NCBI GenBank assembly: GCA_000934665.2
Contig: KZ538755.1
Span: 1-49,480, forward strand
Direction of reading: 5' to 3'
DNA: 49,480 nucleotides
Source of the DNA: Catajapyx aquilonaris
Lineage: Eukaryota
Below, in pieces: positions 1 to 10,900 of the stretch (the stretch's first letter is position 1; every line of letters starts with the position of its first letter). Under the pieces are notes generated by a model. It saw nothing but the letters and a program-made list of their open reading frames with translations. It was not told the DNA's origin and searched no databases. Position numbers and translations under genes: made by a program.

Positions 1-55
1 ATTGGCGGGAAATTTTGTCATCCCGGTGACGTCACTACCGCTGCGCTATAATTGG
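1..55. promoter_or_regulatory. Promoter-like motif cluster (two reversed CCAAT boxes, E2F site, CRE palindrome)
   Basis: ATTGG at 1-5 and 51-55; GGCGGGAAA at 4-12 (reverse complement TTTCCCGCC, E2F consensus TTTSSCGC); palindrome GTGACGTCAC at 26-35 containing the CRE TGACGTCA. Motifs are seen directly; function is inferred. Confidence 0.35.
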
Positions 56-580
56 CCCGATCCGTTATGGCTCTACCCTTCCTTCTATATACCCTGGTAC
101 AACCTATGGTCAAGCGCACACTTTTGACAATACTGACGATACAGTATAAATTATCTGCTCAAAGTAACTGCTTCATACGGTAGGCCTACTAAACCGCTTA
201 GTGAAAAATATTTATGATCATGATCACTAATAGTCTAATGATTCAGTTGGAACACTTTTTTGTTATTGAATGAACGCGACCCTGACAATTTTCAACAGCT
301 TTGGTTTTTAAGTATCTTGGCCCTAATTCAGCCAACCTACGAATAGTAACTGGGTGTTCCACATTGAATTACGGCGCCTGTCATCAAAATGTCGTAATCT
401 AGGTATATGAAGCATTTGTAGATGAGACTGGCAGCCTGATGTCGTTATGTACATTATTTTCAATCCCCCTTAGCAACGGTGGCTTGGCGACACACAAACC
501 CGGTATCTAACACAACACAACAAACTTCATTTACAATTTTACATCCGTCTTGAACAGAAGTCCAAAATTTCAGTTCCATC

Positions 581-1138
581 ATGGCCAATATACTCCCAAG
601 TTCTTCCCGGCAACGCCGAAACATCTCTCGCATCATGTCTGTCAGCCAATACGAGACTCTTGAGTTATCCATCCCCCTCACTACATACAAAAAATACGTT
701 TTGGTCATCGTTGGGCGCCATGGAGCTCGTGGGTGCTCCATATGGAAACTCAGGAAGGTATTGCAGAACTATTTAAAAACTAAGAGACACCCGATTGAGA
801 TCAACAGGAGCGTAGACATCGCGCTGAAGTCCGTCGTGAGGAACGGCTGGGTGTCCTGCTCTGCGTCTACTACCAGCCTGTTCCTGACCCCGGAAGGATG
901 GGATATGAAGCGTTACGGGCATGTCAGAAGCGTGGAGGAGAGATTGGCAGCCGAGAGGGAAGATTCTGAAGGTGATGAACAGCATGGTGGAAGAGCAGCT
1001 GAAGGTACTGAAGGAGTTGGAGCCAGAGGAAGAGGAGAAGGATCAGGAGCCACCACCCAAGACTCAGATGAAGTCCAGGAAGAAGTACCTGGTCGAAAGA
1101 GAAATCTTGGCTACACTGACTGGGAAGAGCTAGATTAA
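581..1138 (+). CDS. Divergent linker histone H1/H5-like (H15) winged-helix protein; probable 1-nt frameshift at 957-959, with the corrected frame ending at TAG 1131-1133
   Basis: Good start context (atcATGG). Residues ~32-102 (PLTTYKKYVLVIVGRHGARGCSIWKLRKVLQNYL...VDIALKSVVRNGWV...SLFL) follow the H15 globular-domain pattern (Y in helix 1, G-x-S, ALKxxVxxG in helix 3, wing). Codons just upstream of 958 end mostly in G/C. After 959 the G/C-ending codons are in the alternative frame. Family assignment is by eye, not by HMM. Confidence 0.55.
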   Translation: MANILPSSSRQRRNISRIMSVSQYETLELSIPLTTYKKYVLVIVGRHGARGCSIWKLRKVLQNYLKTKRHPIEINRSVDIALKSVVRNGWVSCSASTTSLFLTPEGWDMKRYGHVRSVEERLAAEREDSEGDEQHGGRAAEGTEGVGARGRGEGSGATTQDSDEVQEEVPGRKRNLGYTDWEELD

Positions 1139-1140
1139 AG

Positions 1141-1588
1141 GTGAGGCAGGGAAAAACGCGTTTTTGCAGGTGCCTAACACTCTTAAAAATTGTTGGGTTA
1201 AATTTGATCGTATTGTGGTTGGTCGTTGGTCATAATGGACAAAATATGTAGTCAAAATTTCCTTTTGTAACCCAGTTGGCTGACCAAATGGGCAGAGTCA
1301 CGTACTGTACAGTACTGACCAACCAGAATGACTATATAATTATGCAAAGATTGTCATAACACATGGTACAATGCAGCATTGTCATAATTATTGTTTGAGT
1401 AGTCTACTCGTATAACGTTTGCATATTTACTTTACGATGGCCATGCAGTCAAATTCTGACTACAACAAAGAGGTCATGTGCTGACCAAACCAGACATGTC
1501 CTTTCGACTAAATATTTGGTCAGAGAAATAAAACCACATGTCTTGGTCATATGAATATTTTGATCAATTTAATTACATTCTTTTTCAG
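1141..1588 (+). other. Candidate 448-nt GT-AG intron just downstream of the H1-like ORF
   Basis: Donor AAG|GTGAGG at 1140/1141; acceptor ACATTCTTTTTCAG|G at 1588/1589. The AT-rich interval contains repeated TGACCAA/TTGGTCA motifs, and a GC-richer exon-like segment follows (1589-~1678). Confidence 0.4.
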
Positions 1589-1680
1589 GGTTGTACAGGA
1601 AGGTGTGAGGCAAGTCATCGAGGCTCCCGATCTGGCTGCTTGGGCAGGCGTAGGAACTTGAGGAACGTCGTCAAATAATA

Positions 1681-1682
1681 NN
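1681..1682. other. Assembly gap next to a poly-G run
   Basis: NN followed by a G run at 1685-1698. Confidence 0.95.
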
Positions 1683-1859
1683 TTGGGGGGGGGGGGGGCA
1701 AAAACATAATTATCTACTAAATTGAAATAAAAATTGGAAAATTTTCTAGTTTCAAATGTGGCTTCCAACAATATTACTTTCTATTTACAGAAATTGAAGT
1801 ATCATAGATACCGACTTAATTGATCCAATTGTTTTCCACACCCTTGTCGTCTCGGACTG

Positions 1860-1860
<1 letters not shown>

Positions 1861-1945
<85 letters not shown>
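1861..1945. repeat. (ATT)28 perfect microsatellite
   Basis: 85 nt of uninterrupted ATT repeats. Confidence 0.98.
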
Positions 1946-1946
<1 letters not shown>

Positions 1947-2846
1947 GTTGGTGTTTCTAATCACATCAATTATACTGGCGAAAGAGGCAATTACTAGAAA
2001 GTGCCCTATAACTTGTTGCCTGAGAGGATTTAATTAGAAGTGTGCTCGAATGCATGGCTCACTTTTTAATGCACAGTATCAATTGAGCAGTTACATGCGG
2101 TCCTCCGGTGGACAGTAGTCTGGTTCCTCCCGTGCATGTCCAATCAAGGCTCGTCCACAGACTCGCTTTTGTCCATCTTTGTGGCGGTTGGGGCCTAATG
2201 AAGCGACCCAGGGGAGCCCCGCAATTAAAGGAAATCGGTTTAGCCAAAGGTCAGAGGAAAAAGGACATTCGGGACCCCATGCTGTTGACTCCAGTGGAAA
2301 AGCGAAGGCAGAGGCTAGGAGTCCGTCGAAAGGTCATGCCTCAGCTATTCCATTGGGCGAAATTTTCTATATGCCGGACATTTCCTGTTTGCTTTTCAAA
2401 GCAGGTGGGGAAAAGGGTTATTATTAATCCACGCTGGCCCAACTTTGGAGTACTCTGGTTAATGTTTGTTCATCAAATGGTATGGAACGATGGCTTGAAG
2501 TCAACTAGGTACGCTTTCCCTATGGGGGAATGTGCGCAGTGCACTCGGGCTAATTAAACAAATAAAGTTCACGGGGAAGCCTCCATCAACCAACGTCGTG
2601 AATGATTTACGGCACGGGGCAATATTATCTGAATACGATGGGAAGCTGAAGAGTGCGTCGTATGCAAAGAAGAATGCTAATTGGACCCAACTTTTCTGCA
2701 AATCATAATTAATGGCGGCTCAGTTATTTTCTGTACTCATTATTAATCACTTAAACTAAAAGACAGTGTCATAAGCTTCAAGGGACTGCTGAGATAAAGG
2801 TAAAGAACATGGACAGCCTATTACAGCTCTCATAATCAGAAATACT

Positions 2847-3197
2847 TTTTTTTTAATTATTTTACGTTACCCCGTGATAAGGCTGAGCCTTTTTAGGGGG
2901 GTGGAATACCACCATTTCACTCCATTTTCATATATTAACTTCATTCACCGGTGCAAGGAGTCAAGGATGTAGGGTAAGGATAGGGATTTTTTGAGGAGGG
3001 AACATAGGGTGCAAGTGCAAGGTCTGTAAAGGGGTCATGTGCTGTTCCCCAGGAGGTTAGGTTGCCAGACACCTCCTTGGTGCAGGTCAGAGACCCTCCT
3101 GACGCAGGTGAAAGGAAAGTTCCCCAGGCGGGGATCGAACCTGGGGCCTTTCACTCAGCAAGCCGAGACGTTACCATCACGGCCACCACACCTCCCC
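2847..3197 (-). mobile_element. Full-length tRNA-derived SINE (~350 bp) with 16-bp TSD (SINE-A)
   Basis: TSD CATAATCAGAAATACT at 2831-2846 and 3198-3213. On the - strand: A box TGGCCGTGATGG (3185-3174), B box GGTTCGATCCC (3141-3131), and a 3' end TATCACGGGGTAAC followed by an A-rich tail. Confidence 0.92.
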
Positions 3198-6100
3198 CAT
3201 AATCAGAAATACTAACTTGCATTATTCTGGAGAAAACAAGATAGTGTTCTGTTAATATCCATTCGTGAATACACTATTAAGAAGAAAATGTAGGGATTCT
3301 GCAGCAGCAGCAGCAATTAATGCTCTCTCCATCAAGCTAGCACGTGCGAAAATGTTTTTAAAAAATCGCATCAGTTCACACCTTATTGGTCTCCCCTAAT
3401 TATATCCGGTATAAAATATGACGCGAGAGTGGATCATTAATTTAAATTTTCAAGCTAATGTAAATTTTCTTCATTATTGCCTCTTCATGCTTGTATAGCT
3501 TTTTCCAGGATTTTTCGCATCACAAATCCTAACTACTGTAGTTCATCAAAAGTGGATACTCAATAAAAAATAATACCGCATCTAGTGTACCCTCCAGCAC
3601 ACTCACTCGCTGTAAAAAGCCAGTACCATCAAAATGAATCAAGCGTTCTGTTTATCCAAAGAATAACAAATAAGGCCGCTCCCCTGCAGCAAATTCCCCT
3701 TCCCTTTATTTTGCAATCCCCTATAGACACTTCGTGCTCACTTGGCTACACATGCGAGACTCTGTGATTTAACATTCATCGTGGCAATGACATTGTTACA
3801 CGAGTTCCTTGCATTTGAAAACACGATGTAGATGCTGACGGAAAATGTATCTCATGCTACACGCCCGTTGGTAAAGATGAATGGGAGGGGAGGAGGGGGA
3901 GGGAAATAGAGGAATAGAGAGAGGCAAATGGTGCAGGTGAAAGAGGGTAGAGGTGGGTTTTTATCCCCTGACGCCATCGGGGAGCGCATAACCTTGTAAC
4001 TACTGCGGAATAAACATGAAAGCGAGAATAAGCCCATTATTTCCAGGCGGCGTCTCCCTTCCATCAGTACTCCGGGAGAGAGGTAGGGGGAGCCAGATGC
4101 GAGCAACTTTCCCTCGCTAGTCTGGCACCTTTGCGAAATAAATCCTTCGATGTGGAGGCCATTACAGCAGCGGGGGGACCACGATCAACATGGCTATCGT
4201 GGGAAATAAAAAGAAGGCGGGGACACAGACGGAGGCCATGGGATATCCTTTTGAAAATGCTATGGGGACTGCAGATTTCTTTCCCTGGGAACCAGCAAGA
4301 GCAAGTTCAATTGAAGGGTTGGAAAGCACAAAAAATTATATTAGGGTTTTTTAATAAGCTGAAGAAGGAGAATTAGCCGGATCAATTCATTCTGCCTCCA
4401 CCCCCCAAAAAATTTAAAATCCTCATTTTATGTATAGAATGAAAGAGCCAATTCTCTACGGCTTACCATTGCAAAGCGGATCGCTTTCCTGGATTATGTC
4501 AAATGTAGCCAAAGTGGATGCACTTTTTTCGCCCTCTTTAATATTACAGACTTACTAACTGCGCATTAGGCAGTAAATGCGCACTAATTTCCTAAGCGCA
4601 GTTCAGTCCAGGAACCTGGCGTGAAAGTATGGTCCCAATGCAGAAGTGTTTCTATTCTTGTCGGAATAACTATATCGGTCCGTATGAAATTGGGAATTCC
4701 CGTCAGGCGTAGAAAATTCCGTGCACGATTCTCGCATTGAATCCCCAAGAAGGGCCCAGGTCGCCGGCCTGTGAAGCGCACACGCCAGACCTATTTGGCT
4801 GCAAAAGGCAGGAATTAGCACTTCTATTGTTTGCTCTGTGGGAGGAGGTAGCTGCATCCAAAATCGTGGGGGCACCCCCCGCTCTCTCGCTCATTGGAGC
4901 TGAGCCAAAAAAAAAGAGTTTCAAAATCCCCTGGATTTTCGAATTTACTACTCACCCTCATGCACTGTCTATATCCCATGGCCCATGTGTTGCGACATGG
5001 GTAAAAAAGGGATCGAATCAGGGGGCGGCTCTGGCAGTTTCCATTCTCCAGAGGAAAATTAGAAGTGGGCCCACAACACCCAGGTTTTATGAAGGAAGGC
5101 TGGTCTGAGGCACGGAATTGTGCCAAATCCCTTTCCTACCTCGCTGCACGCCTTTTATGACGCCGAATTACACGGGGAGCTTGGCCTGGTATGAAGATCT
5201 TGGGACTCGTTCAGACGAACTGAAGAAAAGTTGTGACTTGTTGACGGAGGCTGAGATTGCTTGTCTGTGACCATGGCTCAGCATGTACAATACGGAGTCG
5301 ACGTGAAAGCTTATGGCCATCGCGATGAGTTGTTGGAATGGAGCTACAATGTTCAGAGGCATTTCTCGGCATTTGAAATTCAGTTGTGTTCTCTGGAGTA
5401 GAGGCACGGGCTGTACCTGCGCAACATACAGCTAGAGATTTTACAGGTCGCGTTTGTTGGAACCTTTCTCCAAAATTGTAAGCTATTTCTAAGGCTTGTA
5501 TAATTTTGTCCACGTAGCGAGTAAACCGGGTGTGATTGGTTTGCCGTAAACGCAACGAGATTGGAAATGTCAAGTTTGTGGAAGTTGTTTAATCTTTTGG
5601 CATCACATATGCCAGTCTAAAAACGACTGAAATTTCAACGTTCTGTTGAGGGCGATTAAATTTTACAATATTATTAAACAAGTGTGTTGTAAAAAGTAGT
5701 CACAAGTCAAGCATTGTTGAATTCACTCATGACATATTTGTATAAGAAGTATAGCTGGATATCCACAACATAATAATTATGAATATTGCAATATGATATT
5801 AATCACACTTGTCAACATATTCAGTTCAATTCAACATTTCAAAAGTAGTATTTGGCTTCCCACCTTTTCTAATAATATCTCTAAATATCAATTTTCCAAG
5901 GTGAGCCATGACATATTGTCATACTATTCAAAATGTTGTCAACTGCAGTATAAATTTACAGCTACACTGCTCAAATATATGTAACTGAGATATTTGATTG
6001 TGCCCATTGCAAAAACCCTGCTGTGTGCATTGGTTCTATTTAATTGCTGATTTCATTATTACTGTTCGACCATATCCCGGAATTACACTATACAGTCATC

Positions 6101-7865
6101 CGCAGTGCCGCATATTAATTTGATAACACTGTCACACGCTCGCGACATGCACATTTAACATCGGGCATTCTCTTTTTTTTTTTTGCTTCTAACACTTTTC
6201 GAACGGAAGCTGCTATTTTCTCCTGGAAGCTAAGGCTTTTTTCTGGAACGTGGGTAGACATTTAGTGGGAGTCTGCACAACTGACTCGCTATTAAAATTC
6301 CATACAAACAGGACGTCCGTCCCAACTTTATAATTCCGCTTGCATGAATAATTAATCGCGCGGAGCGGTATCAGACTTATTTGATGCCTCCCTAACGAGT
6401 AGTTACGAGTTCCTTCTTGAGGACCAAATTTGACACAAAGGCAAGAAAGTGGTTCGTTATTTATGCCCGCCTCGACGCTTTCTAGTTTGATATTCGGGGC
6501 GTCTTCTCTAGAAAAATTTCCCAGATAATCTGGCAAGATATCTCCTTTCTCAACGAGGAATTCCCATCATGGTTTATCTCTACTGGGCTGCTCTAACAAA
6601 ATGCAGCTTAAAGATGTAGAGTACGTGCCATGCCGCAGAGCTGGAAAAGTCGCAATAATGGCAGTAAAACGTAGAAATCAGACTTGACTGAGCCATTGGA
6701 AAGTGTTGGCATATGATCAGTTCCTAGCACTCTCTTTTTGAATCTATTTACACAACTAAAGAAGTCATAAATGCAATGTGCGGGGTCAAAAGCTTTTCAA
6801 GTCTTCTGTGAAGTGCTTGGATAGTCTTCTGGAGAGCGACAGTTTTCTCCTCCTACAGCAGAGCCTGGATATCAAATCATATCAGGTTCGCAGCTTCCGT
6901 CTTGGAGAAAAACTTTTTCTGAGAACGTGAAACGAAGGGAAGAGAGCTCTCGTGTAGCCCGCAGGCGTGTGCAATGGCCACTCCGCCACTTCCCAAGGGC
7001 CACCTAAGAGGACTCTACCATGGGGGACCATCAAAGAAAAGGAAAAAAAAGAGCAGAAAAAGGGATTGGCGAGGCGGTATTGCTAACGTGTAGCGTCCTT
7101 TGGGATTGCTGCGAAGGAACTGTTTCAACGAAGTGACTCTCGTACTAATTAGTTGGGGAAAAATGAGCCTTACAGAAAGGCGTACCTGGTCTGTACCGTG
7201 TCTGTTGCCTCAATTCGCGTGGATAATGAAAAACTACTCATATAACCACAACACTCTGTTAAATTATTATTTCGGCTTGTTTACTTTGACATACGTGCAG
7301 AAAAACACTGCTGGAATCATAAATAATGACGCAAGGTGATAGCAAAAAGTAGTGATCTGATGCTATTTTTATTTTTCAATTTTTAAAAAATGCGACATCA
7401 CCCATCCATAGCCTTCAAGTATGCAAACTGCTATTAAAATAATGAAAGTTATCGAACATTGCAGCTTCCATTTCGCACTCTTAAATTAGCTTGTCCACAA
7501 ACTATAATAGGCCGCAAATTGGCCTTACAGGGCATGAAAATACATTAGAACAGCTGGGAGCCGTTAAGACCGCTTTGGCCAAACAAAAGGAACTGCCTGA
7601 GCAAGAAAACAAAAGAGTTGATTGCTATCCCAACCCGCTGGGAAGCTTCAGATTGATGGAAATGGCACCTAGGCGAAGTTGCGCTGTTGGAAAGAGACTA
7701 GTGTTAGAAGAGCAGTGGCTCAGAAGGAAACAGTGTGGGAAATGGTTGTAAGAAGCTGTTATATCGGTTGACGCGCAACCGGTGGGCGCGCGAATAATAC
7801 ACGGGCTTTACAAGCCGTCCGTCGCAGTTGCCGTCAGAAAAGAGGAAGCGCACCGAGATGCTTCT

Positions 7866-7906
7866 GGGAGGGTAGGCCGGGGGAAGGGTTGGGGATGGGA
7901 TGGGGG
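7866..7906 (+). other. G-quadruplex-forming motif (7 G-tracts)
   Basis: GGG-A-GGG-TAGGCC-GGGGG-AA-GGG-TT-GGGG-AT-GGG-AT-GGGGG. Similar four-tract motifs occur at 3883-3903 and 11546-11568. Confidence 0.5.
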
Positions 7907-10900
7907 AGGTTAATTAAGGCTTCTAGGCAGTTCCTTCCTCCAAGTAGTGCAGCAAGTAGGGGCCTTAGCCCGCTGTCTTCTCCGAGTAAATTAAGGGAAG
8001 GCTTGCCCCGATTCCAAAGTGAAGCTTGGAACGAGTCAAAGCTGCAATAATAACGGCAGACGGAACTCGCTCGGCGGTGATGATTTGTACTTAATTACTC
8101 GGATGCCTTTTCGTAAATGCAACACACCATCAGCCGCCCGCTTATTAAATTCCTTTCCCCTAGCGAGATTGCCTCTGAGTCGGGCCTGAAATGTACGGAG
8201 GTTGGAAGCCTCTTCTCTGTCATATTATACTCCCCTGGAATATTTTCTTTGCCGAGGTTTTATCGCCCCTGGCCGGATGTTTCTGCACGTTTGTGGTGTC
8301 TCTTAATCACCTCATCAAACCTGGCTGACAAATAGTAATGCTCTTGTCTTGCACTGTTGTCACGTTGGGATTGCAAAACTGCTCACGTTGGGACCGATTT
8401 CGGCATCCTGATTTGCAGGGTGGGGATATTTCGGGCTGTCTGTTCGCCAAACTGCACATCAGTTCAATAGTCATGTCACCGCACGTAATGATGCAATTAC
8501 AGTGCAAAATAGACCAACTTTATTACTCGACCACCCAATTTGTCAAGTAACCCAATAACCCAACCGCATATATCATTGCGTGATCTCATAGGGACAGTAA
8601 AACATTATTCTTGTTCAATCCATTCGTACCCAGATTATATTGAAAACGTCATCCATTTCCTGGGCTCTGTCAACAACAATCCCTCTCCCAACGGTCCTGA
8701 CACACACCCTCCAGTACAGAGGCAGTGTGTGCAACCCTTGGAATAATAAAAATGAAAGAAGGCATGGCGATAAGCCTCTGCCTGGCTGCAGGTAGAGAAA
8801 GCCAATTCTCCAACGGAGATAAGCCAGTTCCTCTATACACGAAAATGGAATCTGCTCTGGCAAGAAGATACAGCGGCGGTAAAAAGAAGGCTTTTGGGAA
8901 AGAGTCTGCATGTTATCGGAGATTAATCCTAGCAGGGGAGTAAAAGTAGGAATTTCCATTTTCGTTGCTTCGCGGCCAAAGTCTGTATAGCAATACTACC
9001 ATGGGGTTTGTGGCAAGTCGGAAAGTGGGATAAAATAAATACCATTTTAGATTCTCTGCCCTTGATTTATGGCCATTACAAAAGAGGCAAGTTCTTGGTA
9101 CGGTGGCCATAAATCCACGTGGCTATTACCCACATTGAAGTCGTGCTGCTACGTATGGAAATCCACGGGGTTCTCTCACTTTTTGAGCTTCACTGCTAGA
9201 GAATCCCAGCGTGATATTGCATTTTGAAATTCATGAAGTGGGGGGGCCAGTGGACTATTCACCTTGCCTATTTTTCCTAGCTACCTTTATTCCTCAACAA
9301 CATGACGAAAAGAAGAATCCGCGAGGCTGGGCCACCTGCCTAAGCACATCAGATTCTAATGTTTTAAGGCACTTAATTCATACACTATGCGAAGTTCCTG
9401 CTATCGTGCAGTTTTAATTATTCGGCCCTTCCCGTACCTACATCCCATTAAAATGGAAATGTCCTGATGTGATTCAATAAAAATAATTTTGCAGTGGACG
9501 GCTACATGCTGGTCGTGCAATACATGAAGTAATTTATTCATTGCGACAGTACACTACCGTATGATCCGATTTCCCTTGAAGTAGGTCTTTTTTGCGCCTG
9601 CTGGTTATACCTCCCGTGATACAAGGGTGCGGTTGCATCGCAGGTCAGGATGAGAGTGTCTGAATGTGGTTGACATTACACCATACACTCCTATAATCAG
9701 TGCAGTGCTTTGGTGTCATGCCTATTCACTGCCATATGTCACCAATTAATCCCTGCTAATTGCAGTGCGCCATACCGGTACTTATAAATAAATGGAATCT
9801 CGACTGGAGTGGGTGAAATCAGTTTAATATTCCTCTCGGTTTTCTGCTGACAGGTAGAGTGCTGTAATTACAGGATACAAAGGAGTCAGTCACTGCCGTC
9901 ATACCTCGGAAACAAGAAGCCTGGTTTGGGAAAAATGTTCATTATCTCATTCCTCCCTTTCTTTCTGGCTACTAGGCCCTGATTTTGAATTTAAGCTGCA
10001 TGATGACTTCCTATGGCATGCAGTTTTTCTCATTTTTCCAGACTTCGGTATTACTGACGCGCATTTTCAATTACTCGGACACGACCTGTCGGTGCCATTT
10101 AGTCCGGAAAATTGAGACTCTCCATTATTACGAAATTAGATTCTCGAGATTTCTTGTGGAATATAAATAAGATCCTTGTTCGCTATATACTGAGCAATTC
10201 GTTGTGCAAACAGGATTATCCGCCATAAATAATAGGAAATTACTCTCTGAAAATTAATCACACTTTATAAATTTGAAAAAGTAACAAAATCACGGCTGTG
10301 AGAAGAAGGAATGTGCTACACCGTTATTACTGATTCATCCGCAGAGACTAACAAGCCAATGTTTGGTGAACTAACTCGTGCCACTCCCATTCATCCAGCT
10401 GGCATAAATTTCCAATAAATGAATTCAAGCCCGAACAGTAGATTGAATGAACCTGGTTAGTAAATCAGGGGTTCTCTCAGGTTTGCAGCCATATGTCGTG
10501 ATTCCCGACGAAGCGTCCTTCTCTTGGCTTCCTCTCATGCAAGGATAGAGACAAGTCCTCTTCTCTGGTGCGACCGGCGTCATGAATTCCAATTTACTTG
10601 GCACGAGTCGGGCAAGCGGTGGATTTCATCCAAGTGGGAGGAAAGGCTGAGACGAGTGATAGGAGGAGTGGAGAAATTCATCTCAAAAGTAGCCATGGAA
10701 AACCTAGCCGAGCATTCAATCATTAGTGGGTACACCTGCCTTGGAAAGATTTTTCAAGAGACGGCAAAATGAATGTTGTCAAACTCTGAAGTGACTAGGG
10801 ACGCCTGCGATTTTTCCCTTTCATCCCTTGGATCAATTCTTTCCTGCCTGGCGACACCTTAATACCTTCCTTCTCTTCTGGGAACCGGTCTCTTCTCTAG

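Noticed and set aside
3121..3197. tRNA-like sequences here and at 23692-24200 as real tRNA genes
   Set aside because: The A and B boxes are present but the cloverleaf stems are degenerate, and each is embedded in a TSD-flanked element with a tail. They are SINE heads.
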